64,000 nucleotides of DNA from the NCBI GenBank assembly GCA_000165345.1, contig CM000431.1, forward strand, positions 640,001 through 704,000, in the 5' to 3' direction. Numbering within the stretch: the first letter of the stretch is position 1; every line of letters begins with the position of its first letter. The position numbers and the translations under genes were made by a program. This document shows positions 30,934 to 42,065 of this stretch, piece after piece. The notes under the pieces are model-generated. The model ran no database searches and had not been told where the DNA came from. It worked only from the letters and a program-made list of their open reading frames with translations.

Positions 30934-31273
30934 TATTTTGAACAAAAAAATGATATTTGATCCAAATAATAATATTAAGCTAAGCTAGTTAAAGAAAGTA
31001 AATCTCTTAGCTTTCATATTGTGCAAATTTTATAATTCAACTGGAGATGTGCGGTGTATGACTGTGGAGCGGTACAGAATTTTTTCAAACTTGCATTAAA
31101 AATTTAGGAATACTAAACAAAATTTAGATATTGACTAAATATAATAAAGCACTGTAATGAATAATAGCCTATAATTTTGCTAATTTCCATTATACTATTA
31201 ATTAATTATTATCGGGTTATTGTATTGTTTTTGCAATTAATGAAACATATTAATTTTGGATCTTGTTGTTGTA

Positions 31274-31280
31274 TGGCGCC
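31274..31280. promoter_or_regulatory. TGGCGCC E2F-like core about 55 bp upstream of the Nsa1/WDR74 ATG.
   Basis: gtaTGGCGCCttatt. Confidence 0.3.
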
Positions 31281-31333
31281 TTATTGTCATTTATGACTTT
31301 TGAAAAATATCATTTAAATAATTTATAGAAAAA

Positions 31334-32644
31334 ATGAAATATTTATATTCAAGCGATAATTTTGGTACGATTAAAGAATATAAAACTACCAAGTTTCTTA
31401 ATTCAGATTGTTCGTTTATCGATTCAATAGTCGAATACTCAAATGAGTCTATGAAAAAAATTACATATATTTATGCAGAAAAAAAGCTTAATTCGAATGA
31501 AGAAAGTCAACCAAAGGATGATATGTTCATTGGTTATTCTGATGGTACAATAAATGTAATTTCAATTCCACTTAAAAGTCAATCAGATATTCCAAAAATT
31601 ACATTTTTGGTCAATGGCAAGGTAATTTTTATAAAAGATATAACTTTTAATTATCCAAATGAGTCAGAAAAAGGAAATAAAGTAATTATAGTAGTAACTG
31701 AGTCTAGAAAATTATACTTATTTAGGCTGCCACAAATTAATAAAGAGAATCCATATTTTCAATCAACAATTAACTTCAATGTTTGTAATGAAAACGCTTG
31801 TCTAACTAATCCTGATTTGATTATTGAAACATTTGATCTCCCATGTAATGATCTAAAATGTGTTGCATATAATAAAACAAAAAATTCAATTGCATTTGGT
31901 GGTTACGAGTCAGATATTAAGATGATGAATTTAGAGAGTATGAAGTTAACTTGGAGTTCAAAGAATATACAACTTAAAATGCTTAAGAATAGAATGCCAA
32001 TTGATGTTACGAAATTAGCGTTTTTACAGGAAAATCCAGAAATATTATTATGCGGTACAGGGTATGGTGAAGTTCGTCTCTACGCTCCTCAATTACAGAG
32101 ACGACCAATTATTAATTATGAAATTTGGGAAGAAAAATCATCAATAACAGAGCTAGAAATTATTAAAAACTGGGCAAAGTTAAAATCAAATAGAAATTCA
32201 TATGGATCAGTAGTTGCTATTGGAAATAATAAAGGCTCTGTATTACTTTTAAAAATTACGGATACGCAAGTAGATATTTACAAAAGATCGAGTTTTCGTT
32301 CAGAAAGCCGTGATTCTGCGTTAAATAAAAAAAAAATACTTCCATTAATTAGAGAATATGTCTCATTTAAAATTTCTACTGACAAATTTAAAAAAAATAA
32401 GTTAAATAATATTAAAAGTAACCATAAAATAGAAATTTCAGCATTAGGGAATTTTAAGGGTATAATGGGAGGAATTACTACAATGAACAGCTTTAAATTA
32501 AGCGATAAAGAACATAAGGAGAGCATATTCCTTGCAATTGGTGGCCCAGGGCGATATATTTATATATTTGAAGTTAAAAAAAGAAGATTAGTTAGAAAAA
32601 TTTTTACTTCGCAAAAGATAGCATTTATTAAAATTTTAGAGTAG
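31334..32644 (+). CDS. WD-repeat ribosome biogenesis protein Nsa1/WDR74.
   Basis: N-terminal SSDNFGTIKEY is close to yeast Nsa1 SCVDSGSIKEV; C-terminal GGPGRYIYIFEVKKRRLVRKIFTSQKIAFIKILE parallels GGLDRYVRIFDIKTNKMLVKVYVGSRINFIVML. Confidence 0.55.
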   Translation: MKYLYSSDNFGTIKEYKTTKFLNSDCSFIDSIVEYSNESMKKITYIYAEKKLNSNEESQPKDDMFIGYSDGTINVISIPLKSQSDIPKITFLVNGKVIFIKDITFNYPNESEKGNKVIIVVTESRKLYLFRLPQINKENPYFQSTINFNVCNENACLTNPDLIIETFDLPCNDLKCVAYNKTKNSIAFGGYESDIKMMNLESMKLTWSSKNIQLKMLKNRMPIDVTKLAFLQENPEILLCGTGYGEVRLYAPQLQRRPIINYEIWEEKSSITELEIIKNWAKLKSNRNSYGSVVAIGNNKGSVLLLKITDTQVDIYKRSSFRSESRDSALNKKKILPLIREYVSFKISTDKFKKNKLNNIKSNHKIEISALGNFKGIMGGITTMNSFKLSDKEHKESIFLAIGGPGRYIYIFEVKKRRLVRKIFTSQKIAFIKILE

Positions 32645-32673
32645 CCTTATAGTAACTTTATTCTTGATAGCTT

Positions 32674-35600
32674 CTAAATAATATTAATTTTCCCCTCAAC
32701 CAATTTAAACTCCAAAAAATGGTGTTTTCTACCAAATAAGAATGTATAGAACTTTGTTAACAATCTTTGATACATATTCTCGGAAAAAAAATTCATATCA
32801 CCGGAATCTAATATATTTCCGTTTGCTGAATTAAGATAATTTTGCATGTTATCACTAGAAATTTCATTTTCAATTTCCAATCTAATAGAATCGAAATTGG
32901 TATAATAGAATTTGTCAAACATTTTTGAAAGAATTTTATAAGTGTATTTACTAGAAATATGAGAATACCTTAAAATATGGCTTTCTGAAGCAACCATTTC
33001 AGAAACAATATTCTGCGATTTTAAAGCAAAAAGCTGAGGAATTAAGTAGTTAATTAGTTTCTTTTTATATATCAACAATGTCCTGAGGAATACTCCAATA
33101 ATCGTCAATTCTTCAGTATCATAATACCTAATATTTAATACATTACATATACGTTTTCCAATATGAATAGAAGAATTATCTTTTTCTCTTTTAGTATTCA
33201 TTAATATTGGAAAGATTAAATTTGAAAATAGTCGAGTTCCCAAAAATAAATAGGAAGCGGAGTTTAAAATAATGTTGAGACAGCAAATTAGTTCAAGAGT
33301 AGTATAAGAAGAAGGCTTATAGTATTTGCTTGCCAAAATCTCTTTCATACGCACAGATGTAATACTATTTAATATATGCTTTTTGAATGACGAATTCAAG
33401 CCAATAAATAACTTCTTTTTATTAAGATCAAAGAATATTACTTTATCATTAAATTCTATCAATGTTTCACCAAAAACAAACCAGTATTTGAGAAATTGTC
33501 GCTCATCTGAGATACTTAAAATGAAAGATAGCATATTCAATGCAAATTCAGAAATAATTTTTTTATGTGAAATAGTGCACTCGAGTAATGGTTTATCATT
33601 ATCAGAATCCCTAATTTGCATGTTTTCATCAAATACTGAAATTTTAACTCTATCTAATACATAGGTATATTGTAATAGCAGATAAAGAATGTCACAAATA
33701 ATATGATTCAGTTTTTTTGAACAGTATTGATCAAATGCCAATTTAGAAATTCCATTCAAGCATTCGTAAAGGCTAGAGAAATTATTATCGATATTCATTT
33801 TAGCTGTCAAACTATTGATATTTGCGATCACTTTGTTAGTTAGGTTATTTAGTAGTGTAACATTAAATAGCTTTCTAGATACTAATTCAATTGAAAATAT
33901 TACTGAAAAATGGATGCTTTCCATATTGTACAAAATACCATTATATATCTTGTATAAAAAATCACAGAAATTACCGTCAACATTGGAAAATAAACTCGAA
34001 TTTTCCTTTTTAAATATTAATTTAATAAAATCAAAAAACTCCGTAGAGGTATTGTTACAAGATTCAATTACTTGATTTAAGTATAACATAATCGCCTCAA
34101 TTAAAAGCTCAAAAAAGTTGATTTTAAGTGGCCTTAAAATATTAAAAATTAGGATATTAATACTGTAATAATTTGAATCCATAAACAAATCTAAAATCAA
34201 TTTAAGAATTTGGTTATATGTAACAATTTGAAGTCCAATTTTATTTTCAAAATTAGGCAAATACAGTATAATTTTTGTTGTTAGTAATGAATTATTCAAA
34301 TACACAAATAATTTTTTTTGTTCATCGTATTGGCTATCTTTAGATAAATGATTAATAATTAGTGTGATAATATCCAATTTATGTTTATTATTTTGTAATT
34401 TTTCAACAAATTTAATAGTCAAATCTGCATCTTTCGATAAATTTTTCAGTAAATCATTTAAAATATGGGAAATACAACTACCATCAGATAAAATTAGGTT
34501 TTTATATGTTTTAACCGGAAATCTTTCATTCTTCAAAAAAATGTAATATAATAGCTCAAAAGAAAATATTGATATTAAATTCTGATTAATGGATTTCAGG
34601 AATTTTAATACTAACCAATAGTTGTTCCATATCTTTGAAAAATTTAATAGGTTGGTTATACTTTTTTCTTTAGCAATTATTTGTTTAATTAATAAAGCTT
34701 TATATTTTGGAAAAAGCTTAAATAGTTTTGTAAATTTTCTAAATTGATCATTTTTCACCAGTAAATGAATATCATTTATTTTTGCTTGATCAAACTTAAT
34801 AGTTAGAAATTTAAGAACAAGCAGATGTATTATTACAGCCACATGTCTTATACTTTCTTGTTCTAAACTTTGAGTGTAAATATATAATAGTGCTTTATAA
34901 CAATACATTGGATGATTTAAAAAAACTTTAATGTGATGTTCACTTATAACCGGTATCTTGTATTCGTAGTTAGTTATTAAATTTTCCGTTAAGTAGTAAA
35001 TTTCTAGATATGAAATTAAGTTGGTTTTTTTGCAAGAATTGTTTCGAATATAAATCCGCTCAATCATATGCAATAATGGTAAAATATCACTAAATGGTAA
35101 AATATCTAAAAACATTTTCCACCTTTTTAATGAAAAATCAGAATTAAATTTAATTAAGTAAATTGGAACCTTCTCTTCATATTCAAGTAACTTCGAAATA
35201 TTAACTTTTGTTGAAACAAGAGCTCGGACTTTATGAATAATTTGAATATAGCTGCGGATTGTTGAAACAATTGATAATAAAGATTTGATTGAACTTAAAC
35301 TTCTAGGTAGCAAATTTTTTATAGATAAAATAGAAATTAATGATAAGCAAATCAAAATTTTGGTTCTTTGATTAACATTCGCAGAATTAATAATTAATTT
35401 AGATTTATATCCATTATTAAAAAGCAAGTCAGCTGAACAATAAATAAGTAAATCGTATTTATTGAAATTATTGAAAACTAAATCAGGATATCTCAGATCT
35501 GATTTAATAAATTGATTATTGAAAAACAAGTCAAATATTGTATTTTCGTAGTTTGAATCTTTAACAGTGTAATAATAACTGCTTGAAAAACACTTTTCTA

Positions 35601-38037
35601 GATTGCTTTGAATCTTTTCTTCATTAAAGATTATATTCTTATCATATATTGGAGTGCTTTTATAATTCAATAAAAAACTTAAAAAATGTAATGGAGAGTT
35701 GGACAATAGTGTTTTTTCAATGATATTTAGCAAGGAACTATTTTCAGTAGATATTCCGTTCAAGAATTTACTATTTTTTATTAAGTAAAATGATATTTTA
35801 ATTGTTTCTTCGTCAATATATTCTTTGTTTGAAACAGAGTTGAATAAAATTTCAATTGCGAGATTTTGCGACCCATAAATTATTAGAGTTGTTATTTGGA
35901 GTTTAATTATGCTCTTCCAAATAAGATGATCCTCATTTATGCATACAAATTTTTTGATTATAAATTTAAGTTTATCCAAAATTAAAGAGTGCTTATTGAT
36001 AATTGCTAAAGAAGGATTAGAAAGAAATATATCCATAAGTATTTTTTCCTTGTTATTTTCAAAAATAATTGAATTTGGATGGTAATAACTGAATTCAAAA
36101 TTATTACACAAGTTTGGACATAGCTTTTCAAACTCAATTTTTGAACAGGCTCTAAATATTGGGTAAATTTCCGTTTCATTGGGAGAATATTTAACCAACT
36201 CATTAATTATATTAGAAATGAAAATATGTTCGCATATTAGTTTAAATTTAAAATCCATAGTTTCATTATTTAATACAATTTCTTTGTTCAATTTATTTAT
36301 AAATATTGTAAAATTATACAGAGGTGGTTCCAAATACTCGTAGATACGATTGAATAATTGTAAAAAAAGATCCATAAACTCACATTCATTCGTGGATGTG
36401 ATATATTGCTTAATTTGCTTCACTATATCTCCAGTAGATATTTCGATATTTAGGTTTTCTACGATCAACAATTTCTCTAATAAATAAAAAATTAAACCGA
36501 GTAAACTTCCTAAAGGGTAATTTGGAAGCCTTATTGAATCGGTTATTAAATTATATATTGATATTACTGTATTTAATAAATCAGTTGTATAAAATCTTGG
36601 AAGTTTGCTAATTAAGTTGATCAGGAAACATTCAGCATTTATTGGATTGTACAAAACCTTAAATATATCATAAATTGTAATTTCATGAATAACGCTTATT
36701 GGAATCTCTCTATATAAATCAATAAATAACTGATGTTTTTCAATAGACTCAATGGAAAAAAATATATTATTTAGCCAGTTTCTAAAGCTTTGAATAGATT
36801 GTGGGCCTTGATATAAAACTGAAACATTTTTGCAAAAGGGACAGCAAATATAATCAGATGGTATGAGACTATTATCAATTTTCAAAATTGATGAATTTAA
36901 CTTCTGAATAGTTAGATCCTTTTTAAGGTATTTAATTATTATTGAGCTCTTAGGGGTACATTCATAAACTTCGTCTATATATTCTTGTATCTCTAATGCA
37001 TTTACATTTAACAATGGCGAATCCCTACCATTAATGCATAACAAAATAAATTGAATTACTCTGATTGGACATGCAATGAATCTGTTCGTTAAATTGTTAG
37101 TTAGTTTACTATTTTTGACGAGTATTTTAGATATTTTACAAAATAAATCGATCGTAATATTATCCTTCTCATCAAATAAATAATTTATTACTGACTCTTC
37201 TAAAGGAACATGCGCATTCGAATATAAAGAACTTGTTAAATTATTCTCACATTTGTAAATAAAGTTAGCATCTTTATAATAAAATTGCTGAAAATATCCT
37301 GAATAGCAGTACTTTTGAACCAAAGGTTGGCATCTTAATATCTTTGTAGATTCAAAGCCATCTTTATTTAATTGCTTATCATAAAGAGAATTTAAATAAG
37401 AAATACAATAATAGCTTCCAAATAAACTTGAAAATAGCTTACTGAGTTCTGAATATGAAGAATCTGAAAACTGTTCTATTACCAACTTGAATCTATTTAT
37501 AGGTGAATTGATAATAAACTTTATAGGGTCCAATATTTTCTTACAAAATTTTATATTTCTTTCAAAGGCAATGCAATATTGCTCCAATATAGAATAGAAA
37601 GAATAAAGCACTATTATAGAGTCGAAATGAAAAATCAAATGTTTTTCTTGTAAATTATTTAGCAAAATACTTTGATCTGCGATTTCAAAACCTAAGTGCT
37701 CGATTATAAATGTTAAAAATGGCAATGCAAAATCACTAATATTTAATGTATTTTTTACTATATGAAAGCAGCGTTCAATAGACCATTGAGATATGCTTTC
37801 AATAGAGTCATGGAATGTATTCTGTTCATTACTAAATAAATGGTTGTCTTCATAACTATCTCCAATTTGTACATTTGTTGGCTTAGGTATTATATGCTTA
37901 TATTGATCGATATGAAGTGTTTCTGGAATAGAGTTTAGGATTAATTTCCAATATATTCTAAGTTCCGGGTCATTAAATAGTAAGGTTAAGTCATCAATTC
38001 GACATTCTGCTGCAGCTATCAATGCAACCTCCAACAT
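32674..38037 (-). CDS. Giant hypothetical protein, 1787 aa, Ile/Leu/Asn/Lys-rich, probably alpha-solenoid.
   Basis: 5.4-kb uninterrupted ORF with an ATG at 38035-38037. Confidence 0.7.
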   Translation of the reverse strand: MLEVALIAAAECRIDDLTLLFNDPELRIYWKLILNSIPETLHIDQYKHIIPKPTNVQIGDSYEDNHLFSNEQNTFHDSIESISQWSIERCFHIVKNTLNISDFALPFLTFIIEHLGFEIADQSILLNNLQEKHLIFHFDSIIVLYSFYSILEQYCIAFERNIKFCKKILDPIKFIINSPINRFKLVIEQFSDSSYSELSKLFSSLFGSYYCISYLNSLYDKQLNKDGFESTKILRCQPLVQKYCYSGYFQQFYYKDANFIYKCENNLTSSLYSNAHVPLEESVINYLFDEKDNITIDLFCKISKILVKNSKLTNNLTNRFIACPIRVIQFILLCINGRDSPLLNVNALEIQEYIDEVYECTPKSSIIIKYLKKDLTIQKLNSSILKIDNSLIPSDYICCPFCKNVSVLYQGPQSIQSFRNWLNNIFFSIESIEKHQLFIDLYREIPISVIHEITIYDIFKVLYNPINAECFLINLISKLPRFYTTDLLNTVISIYNLITDSIRLPNYPLGSLLGLIFYLLEKLLIVENLNIEISTGDIVKQIKQYITSTNECEFMDLFLQLFNRIYEYLEPPLYNFTIFINKLNKEIVLNNETMDFKFKLICEHIFISNIINELVKYSPNETEIYPIFRACSKIEFEKLCPNLCNNFEFSYYHPNSIIFENNKEKILMDIFLSNPSLAIINKHSLILDKLKFIIKKFVCINEDHLIWKSIIKLQITTLIIYGSQNLAIEILFNSVSNKEYIDEETIKISFYLIKNSKFLNGISTENSSLLNIIEKTLLSNSPLHFLSFLLNYKSTPIYDKNIIFNEEKIQSNLEKCFSSSYYYTVKDSNYENTIFDLFFNNQFIKSDLRYPDLVFNNFNKYDLLIYCSADLLFNNGYKSKLIINSANVNQRTKILICLSLISILSIKNLLPRSLSSIKSLLSIVSTIRSYIQIIHKVRALVSTKVNISKLLEYEEKVPIYLIKFNSDFSLKRWKMFLDILPFSDILPLLHMIERIYIRNNSCKKTNLISYLEIYYLTENLITNYEYKIPVISEHHIKVFLNHPMYCYKALLYIYTQSLEQESIRHVAVIIHLLVLKFLTIKFDQAKINDIHLLVKNDQFRKFTKLFKLFPKYKALLIKQIIAKEKSITNLLNFSKIWNNYWLVLKFLKSINQNLISIFSFELLYYIFLKNERFPVKTYKNLILSDGSCISHILNDLLKNLSKDADLTIKFVEKLQNNKHKLDIITLIINHLSKDSQYDEQKKLFVYLNNSLLTTKIILYLPNFENKIGLQIVTYNQILKLILDLFMDSNYYSINILIFNILRPLKINFFELLIEAIMLYLNQVIESCNNTSTEFFDFIKLIFKKENSSLFSNVDGNFCDFLYKIYNGILYNMESIHFSVIFSIELVSRKLFNVTLLNNLTNKVIANINSLTAKMNIDNNFSSLYECLNGISKLAFDQYCSKKLNHIICDILYLLLQYTYVLDRVKISVFDENMQIRDSDNDKPLLECTISHKKIISEFALNMLSFILSISDERQFLKYWFVFGETLIEFNDKVIFFDLNKKKLFIGLNSSFKKHILNSITSVRMKEILASKYYKPSSYTTLELICCLNIILNSASYLFLGTRLFSNLIFPILMNTKREKDNSSIHIGKRICNVLNIRYYDTEELTIIGVFLRTLLIYKKKLINYLIPQLFALKSQNIVSEMVASESHILRYSHISSKYTYKILSKMFDKFYYTNFDSIRLEIENEISSDNMQNYLNSANGNILDSGDMNFFSENMYQRLLTKFYTFLFGRKHHFLEFKLVEGKINII

Positions 38038-38203
38038 TTTATATTGATTTAATTGAGTTCAATAGTGGGGGTATTTGAGAAAGCATTAAACCGCATAATG
38101 CAATTCGAATCGTCGGAAATAATATATAATTATCGCTTTTACCGCCAACTAAGTTTGACAATTTACCAATAAATTCCTAGAGGCACTAAGAACAATTATA
38201 AGT

Positions 38204-38815
38204 ATGGTTGTTCATACTGAAATAATTCAAACAAGCAATCTAGACTTAGCAAAACAGATTTTATCAGAGGAACACGAGATTTCGGGTGAGATTTTTTGGT
38301 CTTTGCTGTTTTGGAAAATGCCAGAGTTATTTTTTTTATCAGTTTCAAAATCAACGCAAATTTCAAAGGAACAGCTTTCTAATTCATTGAACAAAATTAT
38401 ATTAAATGATTTCAGAGATGCATTCAACTCAATTATAATAATTTTGGCAAAACTTACTGATTTAATAGAGATACAAACTATCTTGCCTAATGAGTCTAAC
38501 TCATTAAATAATACTTCTATTCCAAATCTAACAGAAGTCATATTTCTATACACTACTATTATCTACACCATATTCCCATACTTTAATGAAGAGATATCTC
38601 TTATAGAATCTCAGGGAATTCAACTTCTTCCGCTGCTTAGTAAAGCTAAAAAAACAGTAAACAAATTCAGCTTGATTTACAAAGATCTCGATAGAATAAT
38701 TGAAAAGATCAGCCAGATTCATGAAATCAAACGTGGACTACTTAAGGGGGTCCTTAGTGGAATTGCAAACCAAATTACGCAGGTACCTATAATTAAGCAA
38801 CTAACATTTGAATAA
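38204..38815 (+). CDS. Hypothetical protein, 203 aa.
   Basis: ORF with an ATG; no recognisable domain. Confidence 0.45.
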   Translation: MVVHTEIIQTSNLDLAKQILSEEHEISGEIFWSLLFWKMPELFFLSVSKSTQISKEQLSNSLNKIILNDFRDAFNSIIIILAKLTDLIEIQTILPNESNSLNNTSIPNLTEVIFLYTTIIYTIFPYFNEEISLIESQGIQLLPLLSKAKKTVNKFSLIYKDLDRIIEKISQIHEIKRGLLKGVLSGIANQITQVPIIKQLTFE

Positions 38816-38875
38816 TATTAGTGATTATTACGTGTTTATAAGCATTAATAATTCTATTAAATTTGTTTGCATTAG

Positions 38876-39442
38876 CTACTTGTTATTTATTTCTTCTTGA
38901 GATTCCTTTACGCATTTCTGTACCATTTTATAGTATTCTAATTTGTTCTCAATATAAAGTTGTGCAGCTTCTGCATTTGCAGGAGAATTAGGGTTCGGGT
39001 CATTTAATAAGGATTGAATACAGGTAAGAATCGAGCATACATCAAGAACAGGGCTCCAGTGCTGTTGCAAAATATCTAGGCATATATTTCCATTGTTATA
39101 TATATTCGGATGGAAAACTCTTGTCACGAATCTTATCTTAGGAGCTTTATTGGGGTATTCTTCAGTAAATCTAATATCAAGTTTGAATATTCCACCTTCC
39201 CATACTGTTCCCTCAGGTCTATAATAATTAATTCATGATAAAATATCTAAAGTTGAGAAACTAACCCAAAAATTACCGCATCCCAATGTAACATCTCATC
39301 GTCAATAGGTGTTCCGCAGATACCATGCGGTGGATTATTTGAAAGTTTTGCGAAGTCTCTTAGAAGCCTACGTTTCTATCAAGTATAAAGTGAAAAATAG
39401 TTAATTAAATATAATAAATAAACCTACGGCTTGAAAAGACAT
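38876..39442 (-). CDS. RAD6: Ubiquitin-conjugating enzyme E2 Rad6/UBC2 (UBE2A/B ortholog). Three exons: complement(join(38876..39218,39266..39375,39428..39442)).
   Basis: The spliced product MSFQA|[37 protein letters not shown]|[60 protein letters not shown]...[14 protein letters not shown] aligns residue-for-residue with Rad6 (MSTPARRRLMRDFKRM...[20 protein letters not shown]...). Introns are 52 nt (GTAGGT...GATAG) and 47 nt (GTTAGT...TTATAG). The ORF track shows only the last exon, from a GTG. Confidence 0.85.
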
Positions 39443-39507
39443 ATTTTATCACAAATTTATTACTAATAATTCCGCGGCTCTGTAACAGTTTTCATATTTT
39501 CATAAAA

Positions 39508-40029
39508 ATGGATTCACTCTTTTCAAGAATAAATATTATCTTTTGCTCATTTGTAATTTCTTTGGCATGCTGTGCAGTTGGGAACTTTGCATCTTCATTT
39601 ATTTACAAAGAACTCCCAATAGGAGATACTGAATTACACTCCATACTTGACTTAGGAATTAGCCCATACTTAAGGAATGATCAAGCAAATATTGCGCTCA
39701 ACATTAATACAAACCTTTCTAATTCTCTGAACTGGAATACAAACCAAATCTTCACATTTATATATGTAAGCTATAAAAATAAACACCAAAATAATTACGT
39801 AACAGTTTGGGATGATATTTTTTCAAAAAAAAAAAACAAAACAAGTTTTTCAATGAAAGGAGTGATAAATAAATATCCAATTAGGGATATCGGGAGAAAC
39901 CTTAGAAGCAAAAGTATAAATCTTAATATCGCATTCTGCTACATGCCAATTGTGGGTAGCATTAAATATCACCATTTAAAAGTGTCGACTGAAAAAAAAT
40001 TGCCAGTGAATTATTTTCAATATAAATGA
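39508..40029 (+). CDS. Signal peptidase complex subunit 3 (SPCS3/Spc3).
   Basis: N-terminal signal anchor MDSLFSRINIIFCSFVISLA (compare SPC22/23 MNTVLSRANSLFAF) and VTVWDDIF (compare VVLWDKIV); the size, 173 aa, fits. Confidence 0.55.
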   Translation: MDSLFSRINIIFCSFVISLACCAVGNFASSFIYKELPIGDTELHSILDLGISPYLRNDQANIALNINTNLSNSLNWNTNQIFTFIYVSYKNKHQNNYVTVWDDIFSKKKNKTSFSMKGVINKYPIRDIGRNLRSKSINLNIAFCYMPIVGSIKYHHLKVSTEKKLPVNYFQYK

Positions 40030-40104
40030 TTGTATTAACAATAAATAGTCAATATTACTTCTAAATTACAAAACTTATCAATAATTTCCTAGGCTATTAA
40101 GTGG

Positions 40105-42000
40105 TTATTTTTTAGTAAATACTTTGATTTCTTTCTTGAAAAAATAGATTGAAGCTGATAAAATAAAAATATAGAACATATTTTTCAATTTTAGTACTGG
40201 GGAAACTAACTGGAAGAAAGAAGGCTCATCAGAACTATTAAAAAGGCAATTCTTGTATAGGTTATCGTTGTTATAATTTGAACAAATTTGAGGTAGTCTA
40301 CTCCAGTAAATTTCCTCTTCAAAAACTTTTTGATAAACGTTGGTTAATGTTTTGAGAATAGAAAACCTATCACCGTCAAAATCTATCAGTAAAAATTCTG
40401 AAGCAGCTACGTTGCGTGAAAGCTCCAAAAAGCCTTTAATCTTAGACATGCTAGGAATTCCCCTAACTTTGCTCAATAGAGCAACTTGAACAGGCTGGAT
40501 AAATAATTCTCCAATATCTTCGTCGGCCTCACTATCAATCATATTACTTGCATTTCCAGAATTCCTTCTAATATTGATATATTTTTGACGAGAAATATCT
40601 AGCGCTCTAACAATTTCTTGATTTTGAGCCATTCCATCTAATCTATCATGTATAATAACTAAACAAATTATTCTATTTAAACTGTTAGACTCGCATAGAT
40701 TCTTAGCATTACTGCTATCAATAAAAGGTACATAAATCTGTTGCGTATAAAGCAGCGACTGTTCTAGTTTCTGTACTAAGGAGGTGGGCCTATTGATAAA
40801 GTTAAATAATTGATCATCTATTTGCCTGGTTTGCAAAACATCTTCATTTGAAAAGCCCCCAAGTGGAATGATAATCTCTGGAGTTAAGTCTGAATCCTTA
40901 AATATGTGCGGAAGCGCAATTAAGTATGGTTTATCATATTCTATTCCCCATTTATAAAGTATGCTATTTTTTTTGTTATTTTGATAATATGCTAACTCGA
41001 AAGTTGAGCTCCATCTTAATGCAAATGAACGAATTAATAATGTTGGTGAAGGTTTGTTAGAAAGAATTAATATTTTTGGCCTATACAAATTATTCTTTTT
41101 TAACCATCCAGTTAACGATTTCTCTGAATTTAATAGACCCAAAGTCATCGGAAAAGAGTTGGAGAGAAATTCCAAGAAAGATTCTAAACTTGGATCATAA
41201 ATTTTGGAATACATTTCGTATTGGTATCCACTTGTGATAATAAAAATTGCAGGAAATACCTTTACGCTTAATGGTAGTTTTTTAAGTAATGAATTTTCTT
41301 TTTTGGCGTGAATTCTTCCAAATTTGTAATATTTCCCCATTTCTTCAATAGATTCCTCCCAAATAGAAGAAAAATGGTGACAAAGTTCATCATGATCCGT
41401 ATAAACCTGTATAACCCATGAATTAGTTTTCTGAAGCATTACCAAGTTGTCAAAGTTATCGGATGTTAAGGTAACTGCAGCTGAAGGAATTATCTCAATC
41501 TCACCGCCTTGAGTAGTATCGTAAACTTGTCTTTTTTCATTATCACCCAGTATTTCATATGCTTTCGAAATATCTCTAAACTTCTCCAAGCACGGTTCAC
41601 AATCTGGATTTTTGTCAGGATGCCATACCAAGCTAAGCTTTCTGAATGCCTTTCTGATTTCTAAGTTAGATGATTTCTTTGTTACCCCCAAAACTTCGTA
41701 GTAATTCTTTTGGTTTTCATTTTTGTTTAGCTTCCCACTAATGCTGTAAAATTCTTCCCCTGCTCTTAAAATAATTGTGGAGATCAAAATACAAAGAATT
41801 AACAATAATATAGATAGATTTATTATTGTCTCCTTAAGTTCCGCCCATTTGAAACTTTGAAGGTAACTCAGTAAAGAATTTTGTGATGATTGAAACTTTT
41901 TCAAGTTATTCTCTGTGGTGCCATTAGTGTTCCCAAAATTAGCATTTCTCTGCAGTACAGAATTTAATTCTTGCTTATTGCTGCTTTTTTTTTTACCCAT
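40105..42000 (-). CDS. Membrane-anchored DnaJ (J-domain) protein with a thioredoxin-like luminal region (DNAJC10/C16-like).
   Basis: N-terminal TM helix, then J domain NYYEVLGVTKKSSNLEIRKAFRKLSLVWHPDKNPD...AYEILGDNEKRQVYD. Confidence 0.7.
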   Translation of the reverse strand: MGKKKSSNKQELNSVLQRNANFGNTNGTTENNLKKFQSSQNSLLSYLQSFKWAELKETIINLSILLLILCILISTIILRAGEEFYSISGKLNKNENQKNYYEVLGVTKKSSNLEIRKAFRKLSLVWHPDKNPDCEPCLEKFRDISKAYEILGDNEKRQVYDTTQGGEIEIIPSAAVTLTSDNFDNLVMLQKTNSWVIQVYTDHDELCHHFSSIWEESIEEMGKYYKFGRIHAKKENSLLKKLPLSVKVFPAIFIITSGYQYEMYSKIYDPSLESFLEFLSNSFPMTLGLLNSEKSLTGWLKKNNLYRPKILILSNKPSPTLLIRSFALRWSSTFELAYYQNNKKNSILYKWGIEYDKPYLIALPHIFKDSDLTPEIIIPLGGFSNEDVLQTRQIDDQLFNFINRPTSLVQKLEQSLLYTQQIYVPFIDSSNAKNLCESNSLNRIICLVIIHDRLDGMAQNQEIVRALDISRQKYINIRRNSGNASNMIDSEADEDIGELFIQPVQVALLSKVRGIPSMSKIKGFLELSRNVAASEFLLIDFDGDRFSILKTLTNVYQKVFEEEIYWSRLPQICSNYNNDNLYKNCLFNSSDEPSFFQLVSPVLKLKNMFYIFILSASIYFFKKEIKVFTKK

Positions 42001-42065
42001 TTTTGAAAAAAAAAACTTTCACAAGACGATAAATACTAATACCGCAAGATAATTTATTTTCAAAA

